Notes: a model not told the origin generated them from the letters alone. Positions 24,767 to 36,687 are shown, counted from the first letter of the stretch. The stretch is DNA of 64,000 bases from Epiperipatus broadwayi (GCA_028023455.1 JAQFVV010000009.1:17794001-17858000); one strand, 5' to 3'. Translations and numbers: made by a program.

Positions 24767-27279
24767 GTAGAAATACATCTTGGATATTTTTCTTGCTTTA
24801 ATTTTATTTATATATTTAAAGTGTGCAAAATAAAATAATATTAAAGTATATCTAAATATTAAGCATGTAAAGAGAAAAAGGAGTAGAATTAAATTAATAA
24901 TAGCATGATTTAAAATCTAGATTTGAGTTAAAAATAATATAATCTGTAGTCTAATAATTAATTATTAATAATCATTAATATATTTATTAGATGATGATCA
25001 CCATTGTATATTTTTAAGAACTGCAGCACATGTAAATTAAATATTGCTTTTTATTATTGTTTTGTCTTTTTTTTTTTTTTTTAAAAATTATCATTGGAAA
25101 CCTATGTATATATATATTTTTTGTTTCTTGCTTTCTTCCTATATATAATGTCTATAAGTCAGTGATTTTTAAAATAAATAAATTCAGAAACATTAAAATT
25201 TGTTAATCTTTCATCTCCCCCCCCCCATATTAACATAATCTGTGACTTAACTATTTTCTCTAAAAGTTTATTGGTAATGATAAATAATATTTGACCATAA
25301 ATATTTCTTACATAAAGTTGGTAAAATATATAATTTAATCTGTTTGATCTTGATATTAGTTAGCTTAAAGATAATTTATATTTAAAACTTAGCCTGCAGC
25401 TAAGTTGAAATGATAAATCATCTTTGATATGTAAATTATATTTGAAGAGTTGCATAAAATATTAATTGAATTCTATGTTCTCATTTTGTGTAATTTGAAG
25501 GATTTTATGTATAGTTTATTTTATTTGGAATTTACTGTGACTAAAATATCAATCTTCTGGATTTTATATATCATTACTTTCATTAATAATTCAGTGTACC
25601 TTATGATTTATAGATTAACTTATTTGAATATAATTTATGTATTTAATATTACATTAGTCACAACATTTAAATAAATAATACATCTTAAATATCTTCTACT
25701 CCAAATAAACTTTGTATTATATTGTTTCTATTATTCTCTAATATTTTGTAATCAAGTTTTAATTATCTTCAACTTTTTGTAGATATATATGGATATATAC
25801 ACATATATAATTGGAATGTTGGTTATTTAAATTAAATGACCTTTTGTTTTGTTTGGATCTTAAGTATTTCAAAACTATTTTACTGTTAAAGTGATTGAGT
25901 CCAGATTAATTTTGTGGCTGATCATCCTTATTATAGTTTTTTATAATTTTTGAGACTTTCATGTACATAAAATAAGACAGTTTTAGTTTTGAACTTTTTT
26001 TTTTTGCCAAACGTAATTTTTTAAAAGTTTTTGCAAATATCACAATTTTAACCCATAACAGGTGCAAGCAGTATGTGATATTGCTACAAATTTTCAAGTG
26101 CCTTAATTTTGTATTATTTTTTAAGTTGAACAGGTATCCATCTCAGTACCATTCTAACTATGTCTCTACTTTGCACAAATTACTTTGAATTTATAGCTAA
26201 CATAGTATAAATTTTTATGTCTTTCTTTTCAGGTTTATTGATATCTCATATTGCTTGTAGTCTAAGCAGCTTTAAATTTTTTCCCATCTTTTGCAAATGA
26301 TTGGTTTTTTTCTTCTGATTTTTAAAACAAATATTATAATACTTATTGTAATTAATTGCAACAACAATGAAAAGCAAATTTATTTCATTATAATAACTGA
26401 TTATAAGAAAGCAATCAATTGAATCCAGTTAAACAAAAGTTATTTTATTTCTTTATTTTTACGGTCTTATGGCTAAATTTTTTAATTCAAATATTTTAAC
26501 ATTTATTATAAATAATTCTTATAATAATAAAAAATTAAATGTGAAATGATGTTATTAAACAGGTACTCTTTTTAGAAGCACTATGAGATACTTCTTAAAA
26601 TCTATGTTATCATGTTGTAGACATTTTAGTTAAAACATCTGTATTTTATTCTTATCCTGTTTTCTCATTGTTTCACATCTTCAAGAAATATATATATATG
26701 TCATGAAAATATAAAAAAAAAAGCTGTAGTTTGTTAGTGATATGTATATTTAGTATTGGATCATTTCTGTAAATAAATAAGATATATTGAATTCTTGATC
26801 CCTTATTTATTTATGTGTATCATTATCTTGTCGCCCCCCCCCTCATAATTACCATCATAAAAGTATGAAATTTTTTCATAGTTCCATCATACTTGAATTA
26901 TTTCACATCCATTTTTAATAAATCATAGATTCTTATACTATTTTTCTGCATTAATAGTTTTTTTAAAAATGATATTTCATTATTTTATTTAAAAAAAACA
27001 ATCATATTTTTATTTTACTATTGATATTAAAAATAAAAATACTTTAAAAAAAAAAAAATTAATAGACAATATTGTGAAAGAAAGTTTTCTCCAAAATTTT
27101 TTTTTCTGTTTTAATTCTTTTTTCAACTTTTTAACTATTCTTTTTTGACAGGGTCATAGGTTTTTTTTCTGATTTATTTTTTAATGGAAAAAAGTCCTCA
27201 TATCTATATTTGTGATAAATCTTGTTAAAAACATAAATTCAAAAAATGAAAGTAATCTGGAAAATAAAATATTAGCTTT

Positions 27280-27294
27280 GAAAAAAAAAAAAAA

Positions 27295-27327
<33 letters not shown>

Positions 27328-27366
27328 GAGGGGAGGGAGAGGGAGGGGGGAGGGGGAGGGGGGAGA
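27280..27366. repeat. Polypurine tract: A-run, (AG)n, (GGGA/GGGGA)n
   Basis: Directly visible low-complexity sequence. Confidence 0.9.
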
Positions 27367-27484
27367 TTTCGATTTCATTTTAGCCTTTGATATAAAAATG
27401 TATTTTTGATAGGGAAAAAAGGATGCTTCATTATATCCTTTTAAGATAAATGTTTATAAAATACACATTCAAATAATAAAAATG

Positions 27485-27642
27485 AATGTAATAAGTGCAC
27501 TTATACACAACTATAGAGAATCTTGTTATTTCTATAAAGGAAATATGGCTTAGTGCTTTCGAGAACTTATGGTGCTAAACCATATTTAATTTATAGAAAT
27601 AACAAACTTCTCTGTAGTTGCTATAAGTGCACTTATTACATT
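27485..27642. repeat. ~158-bp hairpin (MITE-like) with palindromic ends
   Basis: Left arm aatgtaataagtgcacttatacacaactatagagaatcttgttatttctataaaggaaatatggcttagtgc is the imperfect reverse complement of the right arm ending ...ctataagtgcacttattacatt, with a short central loop. Confidence 0.8.
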
Positions 27643-28539
27643 TGTTACATTCTGTATAGAAGTATAAACAGTTAACATAATTAAATAATAAATATGTTTA
27701 TCAAAATTATGAAAACAAATTTTCAGTTAACAAAAAATAAAAAATAATTTTTCAGTAGGTTATTTCTGTTAGTCATCAAGAAATTTTTAGTTGAATAATT
27801 TTATGAAAAAGGTTATTATATTCAATAAAACATAATTGTAAACACATCAAATATTTACTAACCTTTTTGAATTTGACTTTTCCTATTGTTACATTTAGTG
27901 GATGTTTTTGAAAATGCCCAATATTTCACTTTTGAATAATATCTTTATTTTATATTAAAACTCAATTAATTAGTCTTGATTTTTTTAAAATTTAATTTTA
28001 TAAATGAATAATATTCTAAAAAATTATATTTGGATTTTATAAACATTCAAAAACTGAGTTGTAGATAAGAACAATGGATGTAAACATCATCAAAAATATT
28101 AGTATAAGCATTCTTTTAGAAAATAAATAGTTTATTTCAAGTTTTTTTAAAAAAATGCATATGGATTTATGATAAATCTATCAAATTCTGCTTTAAAATC
28201 TGATATTTGCTTTATAATTATTAAAATATTTGAAAAAATTTGAATACCATATCAATTTTGATATTGTTCTGCATTGAGTTTCACATAAAGTCAAATTTAC
28301 ACTATGATTTTCATTACGGTTAAGTTTATTAACTTTTTTTTATAAAAATAAAACATAAATGAATAAAATTAAATTGAATATGTGAATTATTTTTGTTTAA
28401 ATAATTAGAAATATTTAATAAACAAGCAAAAAAATCATATTTTTTTATTCCAAGAACTTTGAGTGAAAATAAGACAGAAAGAAATGCCTTTAAAAATGTC
28501 TTTCACTTGAGAACAATAGAGAAAAAACAATTAATCTTT

Positions 28540-28790
28540 TCTGGCTGTCCATAAGATATTGACCGCTTCAGATTTTTTTCAATTAGAGAATCATTAAAAA
28601 TATTAGGCAGATTTTATGTTATAAAAAAAATCCTACTGTAATATAAGTTACGATAATAATAAAACAACAATCTAAAGTAATGGAACTATTATGCTTTTTC
28701 TGAGGAATACACCCAGTGATTCTCAGCAAAGATGAATCATTTGGCTAAGGAACAAATATTTAATAATTTACAAAAAAAAAATGATGAAGA
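28540..28790 (+). mobile_element. Possible Tc1/mariner-family transposase C-terminal remnant
   Basis: tggctgtccataagatattgaccgcttcagatttttttc resembles a frameshifted WPxxSPDLTPLDFF. Heavily decayed. Confidence 0.3.
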
Positions 28791-29013
28791 ACAAACATTA
28801 TGTATACATTTATTTTTTTGGTTAGTACAGTTTCATCAAAAAACAATGCTACATAAGTTCAGTATTTGACTTTCTTTTCAATAGAAATTAAGTAATCTTT
28901 TGAATTGTTCACTGATAAATGTATTTTAATATACTTAGAGTTAAAAACTTAAAACAATTTTTGACTGCTAAAATTATTTATAATCTTATTTAATTCTTTT
29001 TACCAAAAAACAG

Positions 29014-29072
29014 GTGTAATGGGTAATCCAATTGTTGTGTTAATGCAATTTATTACCACAAATAGTGGAAAG
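29014..29072 (+). CDS. Candidate internal coding exon (phase 1-0) GVMGNPIVVLMQFITTNSGK
   Basis: Pyrimidine-rich stretch then cag acceptor, 59-nt open frame, aag/gttaaa donor (weak). In frame with the 24710 and 56394 candidates. Confidence 0.4.
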
Positions 29073-29639
29073 GTTAAAATTAGAAAAGTTTTTCAAAGTG
29101 GTTAATTTCAAAGTTAATTTTAGTTAAAGATATGCTGTTCTTTTGAAAGGACTGATGGCTATGGAATTACAAATCTAAATTTTAAAAGATGAATCAAAAT
29201 GTAAAAAAAAAAAATTTTTTTTGCTATTTGTAAAATTAAAAAACAACAAAACCAGCATTATTTTTTCTAAAATAAATGATTTAAATAAGATTGCTTATTT
29301 AAAAAAAGTAATCTTATCTAATCATTAATTAAAATTAAGCCCAATTTTTTAAAGATATATAATCCCTTTAATATTAATAGTAAGTATGTATTGTATGCAT
29401 GTGTAATGGATTGATAAATACCAATAATAAATGTTTATAATTGATGAAACAGATTTGCTAATATGCTTTTGTTTGGTTTGAAACACAGCAATTAATGGTA
29501 TTGCCTAAACATGATGGAATTTGAACATTTATATAGAACAAAACAACAATAAATAATCAAGAGTGAAATAAATTAAATAACTTATTTTCAAGTAGTAATT
29601 ACATAACACAAATAATATATAACAATAATCCTTATCAAT

Positions 29640-30660
29640 GAGAAATATTAATACAATACTTATCTCCATTAGCATTGTGAGTTCTGAGGTATATAAACTT
29701 CTAGTATAGACTTGTTTGACTTATAAACAATCCTAGATCTCTCTTCCATGCCTATAATGAGTGATTTTTCTTCCAGACTTTGTGAACTGGATAAAGCCAA
29801 CAAATCCTGTTATTGCTTTGCTGATTTCATGGATAGTATCTCTCTTACATTGTGGATTGGATAAAGATCTTTTGGTAAAGCTTTCTTGACAGGGACTCAA
29901 TAATCATTGCATATTCTCATTTTCCTATTAGGTTTTGAGTTATTCAGAATTTTTGATAGGCATTAATAGTTTTTTTTTTTTTTTTATCAAGAGCATCCAA
30001 ACTTCATTAACTTGTGTTTTTCAGTGTAAATAATACCTTGCATGCTTAACAATGTTCGTGTTTTGCACTATCATGTAATTCAATAATAACTATCTGTTTC
30101 ATTTTCCCTTATTTTGGTCTAAATAATTTTCAATATAGAATTTGTATTTTTCTTTCCTTTGTAATTTTATTTATTTATCAGATTTTTATGCCTAAATATT
30201 TGAACCATCCATGGCTTAGTAATAGCTTTAATTTACGTTTTACAATGAAAAGATTTATTTGTGTTGTTTAAAGGTAACTGACTTTTTAACTATCCTGATT
30301 TTGTTTATAGATTTTTTTATTTGTGACTCTAACCTTCATCTCTCTTTTATTATCTTTGGAGACCTTTTAATCTTTTGAATAACAATGTCCAATCTGTTTG
30401 TGATATAAGGGATGCCCGAGCCTTTCTGTCAATTTCTATTGCAATAGGTTTATTGCATATTTTAAGTTATCATCAGCCAAAGTTTATCACTGATCACTTT
30501 GTTTACTCCAATATTAATTTTATTTTTGACAGATTTTCTTTTCTGAAAATTGTTATTTTTGTCAGTTTTATTTTTAGTGCAGCAAAGTTTTGCTATATGA
30601 ACTGTTTTACACAACTTTTGCTCTTGGCACTTTTTTAATTACAATCTTTTACTAAATGTT
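29640..30660 (-). mobile_element. Gypsy LTR-retrotransposon fragment (gag end, protease, N-terminal RT)
   Basis: Minus strand: KPIAIEIDRKARASLISQTDW (protease, cf. EIDTGAxVSLI) and KPNRKMRICNDY*VPVKKALPKDLYPI (RT, cf. KxDGxVRICGDYKVTVNxxLxxDxYPI). Confidence 0.7.
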
Positions 30661-30699
30661 TTGGATTTCTGCAGCAATAGCATTTTTTTTTATTTTTTG

Positions 30700-31061
30700 A
30701 ATGTGCAAAGGATTAGTTGGTTTAACTCAGTTTATTTTTGCTGAAAGTTTGGAAAGAAGATTTAGGACTCTGGTATATATCAATTTAGTCTATAAGTTCT
30801 ATATGTTTCAGAGATTATAATGATAATACCGATAACTACTGTATTATAATTATCATGTAAATATGTAATAGTATGTAATTACATTTATATACTACTAATA
30901 ATGATTATTACTATCATATATTAGTTGTTTTACCTAATTACTAATTGAAAAAAAAAAAGTTATTTAATTTATTTTATTATGGAGAATATATTTATATAAA
31001 CATTTGTATTCTTTCATGTTTAGATATTACTGTTAACTGTCGATCTTCAAATCAAACAACA
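30700..31061 (+). repeat. 5' LTR of the Gypsy element
   Basis: Colinear with 34370-34705 (shared ttataatgataata, tttaatttattttattatgga and aaacatttg blocks). 5' edge uncertain. Confidence 0.7.
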
Positions 31062-32759
31062 GTTTGTACAATCAGAAAAACTGTATCTCTAGAGTTTTGT
31101 AATGGCAGCAACACAAAGTAGTGTAAGTGAATTTGATGTTAACAACACTAAGGAGTGGCTAATATATTTGAACATTTAAATAAATATTTTTTTGTCAAAT
31201 CCACAAAAGATGATATTATAAAAGTTGCTATTTTATAGAAGCAGTAAATAGGCTTTGTGAACCTGATGAGTCTGAAAACATCCCTTCTGCTGAATTAGTA
31301 AAAAAAACTTTCAGGTCATTTTAATCTTGAACTTTTCATATATATGCATTTGCCTAATAAATACCAAGAGAGAGGGGGAAGAATTGCAAAGATTATGATA
31401 GAGCCTTAAGAGAATTAATAAATAATTGTTTATATAATAAATATATTGAAGGGCTTTTATTGTTTTGGGGTATGTCTGATATAAGTTTGCAACACCAGTT
31501 TTTAACAATTCCTGACCTTATATATTCCAAAGCTATAAAAAGCAATGTAGCATATAAACTAATTGTAAAACATGCTAGAGAATTTCCATGAATCTTGTAC
31601 AAGTAACATTAATAAACAAGCAACAATCCTGTGTGCATCCAAGTCTGAAATTTCTCAAAAAGAAAAAGTTAGAATGCCATTACTGTGGAAATCCAAAACA
31701 CTTAGCAAATGACTGTAATTGGAAAGGTGCAAAAGTTGTGTCAAAATAAGCCACCTAGCAAAAGTTTGCAATGCTAAAAGTTTTGATAATGGACAAAAGT
31801 AAAAATTTCCAGAAGAGTGAACCTGATAAAAGTAAATGCTGTTAAATGCATATGATATGCTAGAGAAATAAAATTTCTAGAACATATTATTTTGAGAGAA
31901 GGAATAAAACCTGACTCAGAAAAAATAACAGAATTAAAAATATGTAGAAGTCATGAAATACTAAATAATTTCAGGCATTTCTTCGACTGCTGTTTACACC
32001 TCTATTCAAGTTATTTCATAAGACAAAATGCTGGAACATACCACAGGAAGAAGCATTCAAAAGGAGGTAAAAGAACAACTATTGTTTTATTTTGATGATA
32101 ATTTGAAAATTTTGATAATCAACATGTTATAGTCTAAAATTGGAGCTGTAGTTAGTTACTGTTTCCATAATACTCATCATCTAATAACTTTCATATCAAG
32201 AATGATATCAAAATCTGAAAAAAATTACAACTAAGTAGAGAAAGAAGTGTTAGCTATTATTTATGCTGTTAAAAATTTCCACCACTGGCTTTATAGTCAT
32301 TCATTCAAAATAATTACAGACTACAGCTCATTATTGGGAATATTCTGTAATAAAAAGATGACATCTGAATACTTTAAGCCCACAAATGGTATGCTAGGTA
32401 CAATAATATGCATACAATTATGAATTAAAATTTAAACTGGGAAATCAAATAAAGCATGAAGATGCCCTTTTGCTTGAACCAAACACAACTTCCAAAAAAA
32501 AAAAAAAAAAGTAAATCTTATTGATAGCTAGTAGCTGAAACAGATAAATAGTCAAGTTGTAGCAGTATAAATCAAAGCTGATCCTGGCTATGAGATACTA
32601 CAAAAATGGATAAAGAATGGTTGGTCCAGCAAAGAGCCAGAAAATCAAATAAATCCCTGTGGAATTTATGTGACAAATTGTCAACAAATAAAGGCTGTAT
32701 TTTAGCTGCCGATAAAGTATTGGTATCGTCTCAAGGATTCTCTGATGTTTTGGAATTAC

Positions 32760-33420
32760 CATATTACTTTGAATTTAAGCCAATCTCAAATTTAAACTGC
32801 ATTAGGACTTTAAAATTGGAAAAAAATATAAAAATAATTTTATAATGGGTATTGAAAAATAATAAACATTTTTATTTTATTTACTTAAATAGGAATTAAT
32901 ATAAATACAATAAGCTACTTAATTTATTGCAAATTTTCTTAGACATTCTTCCATTTTGAGATCCTGAGAATGATTTTCTGTGTTTTTTTTTTTACACTGA
33001 AAGAATTTTTCCTTCATAGTTCTCTAATGAAAAACATTCCTTTTGTAAACCATAAATCTTTTACTGGCTGCACGATTTCCAAATTTCTTCACTGCACAAA
33101 ATATCTTCTTTTGAATTTAGTTTCATATGTAAAACATTTTTCCATCATTAGTGAGCATGAGTAATAAGAAAACCTAAAATTAAAATATGGCCAGATTTGA
33201 CGCAAATTATGTACAGCTACTGTCAAACAGCAACTGGATTAATTCATAAAAGGGTGAACAGAGTACTCCTGAATAGTAATAATATACACATATATAGAGC
33301 ATAAAGCTAAGACCCAATCATTGGGGAGTGGGAGATTGACAGAAATAAGATGTTAAATATTTGCTTTGAATTTAAACTGCATCATAATTTTACATCTTCA
33401 AAATTTGAATAAAAAGTGTA
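32760..33420 (-). mobile_element. pogo-like transposon remnant nested in the Gypsy pol region
   Basis: Interrupts Gypsy between RNase H and integrase. Minus strand gives KKCFTYETKFK / AVKKFGNRAASKRF, resembling the Brinker-type DNA-binding N-terminus of pogo (POGK-like) transposases. Confidence 0.5.
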
Positions 33421-34369
33421 ACTTAAATTTCAAAGTATAACAGTAATGCACAATGGTCACCCTGACATAATGAGAGCAAAAGCCCTTGCTTGCAGTTATA
33501 TGCAGTGGCTTGAAATTAGTCCAGGTATTGAATCCTATATCAACAGATTCCGAGAGTGTCAGTTATCAACAAATGCCTTGGACTCACTTGCACATTGATC
33601 ATGTGAGTTCATATAAAGGTCATATATTTTTAAGTGATTGAATTTGAGAACATTGTGTCTGAATGATCATTTAAGCATGTTCATTATTATATTATCCAGA
33701 ATCAAATGAAATAATAGAAAAAGTAGTACAACAATTAGAACAAACATTAACTAAAAATAATACAGATTAGTATGCAAGAAGTCATAAATGTGGCTATGCT
33801 ATATCTACCTGAAGAATTATGGACTGGAACTCGAGAATAAAATATCCATTCTGGCTCCTGGAAAGAATTGGCAACTAATATATCTATTCAATTTGGAAAA
33901 AGTTTGGATACATACTAATTTTTGGAAAAGGTGGTTAGAAGGGACTATGACAAAATCATTTCCAACCAAATAGTGGAACTCAGAATTATTCTTGGACTAT
34001 GCATTTAGAGTCACACAAATCAAATTTGGAGGAACTGGACAAACATGATTAGGGAACAAATAAGTCCCACCTATAAATCACTGGAAATAAGCAATAAAGA
34101 AAAAAAGTTGTGTTACTAGCAGAGGATTTAGGCTCTGACTAACAGCAATAGAAGAACAAAGTTATATCCTAGATGTCTCAACAAGGGAAAGAAGTTGATG
34201 GCTAAGATAACCTCCTATGTATTTAAAAAACTAGTAGTGGAGCAATGGGAAAAATCATTCAAATGCACACAAGTATAAACTTGAATTAAGTAAAAAATGT
34301 AATAATGATAAAAACCCAAATGAGTAATAATGATTTCAGAGATTCTAATAAAATATACTAACTATGAAA

Positions 34370-34705
34370 CAAGTGAAGTATATTAGTGGGCTTTATTTAG
34401 TTTATTCCCCCTGAAGACCTGGAAATGTGATCTAGGATTCTATTTAGACCAACTTGGTCTACATAAGTTCTCTATGCCCCAGAGCTTATAATGATAATAT
34501 AGATAAATACTATACTAATAAGTATCATATGACTGTGATAATATGTATTGTTCTATATTATATGTCTTACCTAACTACTAGTTGAAAATAAAAATTGTTT
34601 AATTTATTTTATTATGGAATATTGTTATTTTGTTTTATTTAAACATTTGAATTCCTTCTCATTTAGACACTATTTTAATCATAGGGCTTTGAACCAAACA
34701 CAACA
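34370..34705 (+). repeat. 3' LTR of the Gypsy element
   Basis: Direct repeat of 30700-31061, clearly diverged, ending ...caaca. Confidence 0.7.
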
Positions 34706-35201
34706 TATACTTTTTTAAACATATAATAAGTCTTTAACTATCATCAGTATCAAATTCTCCAAACTAACCTACCATTATATATTTATTTTATGATTGATTA
34801 TATATATACACACATTTTTCTAATTCCTTTGGTGTGGAATATCATGAATTATAATATCCGAGATGTGCTTAAACTAATAATGAAGTTGTATTTTATACAT
34901 AAAGTGTTTCAGTGAACAATCCATTACATTGTTTTTATTTTCAATTTTTAATAAATTTCTGGTAATATTGTTCCTTTATCCTTTATTTTTTATTTCCTTG
35001 AAGAATTCTGGATTGAGAGTTTAACCCATAGAATTGGATTTATTATAAACTAAAATATGTTAGTGAACTTTGCATATTGCTTACTATATTTAGAATAATT
35101 TAGAAGGGATTTGAACTTACATTTAATGCTCTATAGCTATCCACTCCATCTTATACAACCAATACACATGACCACATACATATGAAAAAGATAAATGATC
35201 T

Positions 35202-35243
35202 CCAATATATGTATTTCATGTTGAACCAGCAGTCATCAGTCAA
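35202..35243 (-). ncRNA. Hammerhead ribozyme-like motif, copy 1 (degenerate)
   Basis: Minus strand: ttga CTGATGA ctgctg gtt caacat GAAA tacatat a ttgg. Catalytic boxes are intact; stems I and II are partly mutated. Confidence 0.55.
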
Positions 35244-35641
35244 TCCAGATTATCACCTCTCTCACACATATACAATCACTGTTCAGTTTATATTGATATC
35301 TTCATACTTTAATGGACAGGCTTCAATCTTCTCCATCCTCTAATTCTTCAGCCATCCAAATCATTGAAAATCTGATGATGGAACAATCAAAGCTCTTATT
35401 AATGCCAATATGGTTGTCATACCCATGTTGACTTTAAATCACTCTGATCCCTCATGTATAAGACCTTATGACCTTTTAAATACACAGAAGAGATTTGGGC
35501 AGAATACAGGCTGAATATATAATATTTAAATATAAGTATACTGAACTTAATGTAATTTAGAAGGAATTTGAACTCAGACTTTCAAGCTCCCTATAGCTAT
35601 CCACTCCATTTTATACAACATGTGAAAAAGATAAATGATCT

Positions 35642-35683
35642 CCAATATTCATATTTTGTTCTGAACCAGAACTCATCAATTGT
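35642..35683 (-). ncRNA. Hammerhead ribozyme-like motif, copy 2 (core mutated)
   Basis: Minus strand: acaa tTGATGA gttctg gtt cagaac aAAA tatgaat a ttgg. Perfect 6-bp stem II; C3 and G12 are substituted. Confidence 0.5.
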
Positions 35684-36055
35684 GTATGTTATCATGTATA
35701 TCGGTTGTATAAAATGGAATAGATAGTTGTAATGAACTGCGTTCAAATCCCTTCTAAATTACATTAAGCTCAGTATAGACAATATACTTGTATTTAAATA
35801 TTACATATTCAGCCTGTATTCTGCCCATCATTCTGTGCATTTAAATAGACATATTGTCCTATATGTGAGAGGTCAGAGTGACTTTAAATCATCATAGGTA
35901 TAACAACAATATTGGCATCAGCAAGGGCTTTGAGCATTTCCATCATCAGATTTTCAATGATATGAATGGCTGAAGAGATGGAGGATGGAGAGATTTGCTA
36001 TCTTAATATAAAATGAGCGCTGATTATATATATGTGCAGGAGATAATGAGCTGGA

Positions 36056-36093
36056 CCAACTGATGAATATACAGCATGAAATACATATATTGG
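36056..36093 (+). ncRNA. Hammerhead ribozyme-like motif, copy 3
   Basis: ccaa CTGATGA atata cagcat GAAA tacatat a ttgg. Catalytic boxes are intact, stem I is ccaa/ttgg, the minimal stem III is ATA-ca-TAT, and the 5' strand of stem II is damaged. Confidence 0.6.
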
Positions 36094-36615
36094 AGATCAT
36101 TTATCTTTCTTACATTTATGTGGACATTGGTTGTATAAGAAGGATTGGATAGCTGCAGGGAGCTTGAAAGTTTTAGTTCAAATCCCTTCTAAATCACATT
36201 AAGTTCAGTATAGACACTATACTTGTATTTAAATATTATATTTAGAATATTTTTTCTTTTTTCCAAAAAAAAAATTATCATTAAAGAAACTTATATAAAG
36301 AGAGTGCACTTAAAATTTCTTTTTCATAATATAGTAGAAAATGATTTCTTTTTTTTTTTTATTGTCTATGTAAATTGAGAAATATTAAAAGCTTTTTTAT
36401 TATTGGTCATATTCTTTTGTTATATACTTCTTTAAAATTCCGACGACAGTTACAATTAGAAATTATTTAGATGCATAACAATAATAAATAGAAAGTGGAT
36501 ATTAATAGACTCTTTTCATTTCTTTTTTTTTTTAGTGGTATATATATATTTAAATCATTTATGACTCTTACTAAATTATTTTGTATCTCTATTTATTTAT
36601 TTTTTTATATGTCAA

Positions 36616-36687
36616 AGCATTGACCAGGAAGCGAACCTGGGCCAGCTGCTAGGAAGGCAGCTATGCTAACCGCAAGGCCACCAACGC
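36616..36687 (-). tRNA. tRNA-Gly(TCC)-like 72-nt sequence, same family as 17633-17704
   Basis: GCGTTGG-TG-GCCTTGCGGTTAGCATA-GCTGC-CTTCCTA-GCAGC-TGGC-CCAGG-TTCGCTT-CCTGG-TCAATGC-T. The T-stem pairs fully; it has the same C58 and the same TTGACAT + A-rich tail. No clear TSD. Confidence 0.75.

Larger units (their letters stand above)
30700..34705 (+). mobile_element. Old, internally deleted Gypsy LTR retrotransposon
   Basis: gag start MAATQSSVSEFDV...EWLIY (31102), zinc knuckle CHYCGNPKHLANDC (~31675-31716), RT C-terminus IKFLEHII..EGIKPD, RNase H EKEVLAIIYAVKNFHHWLYSHSFKIITDY, integrase HNGHPDIMRAKALA and PWTHLHIDH. Flanked by diverged direct repeats that both end in caaca. Confidence 0.85.
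35095..36245. mobile_element. ~450-bp repeat in tandem plus inverted arrangement (Penelope pseudo-LTR / retrozyme-like)
   Basis: The unit start tagaagggatttgaact recurs at ~35100 and ~35558. The reverse complement recurs as gttcaaatcccttctaaa at ~35741 and ~36175. The inner blocks (aaatctgatgatggaa, atgccaatat, ggcagaatacaggctgaata) are mirrored in 35800-35970. Hammerhead cores are present in the units. Confidence 0.8.

Noticed and set aside
27181-27409. RG-rich / proline-rich ORFs resembling RGG-box proteins
   Set aside because: Simply the translation of the (AG)n/(GGGA)n microsatellite on each strand.
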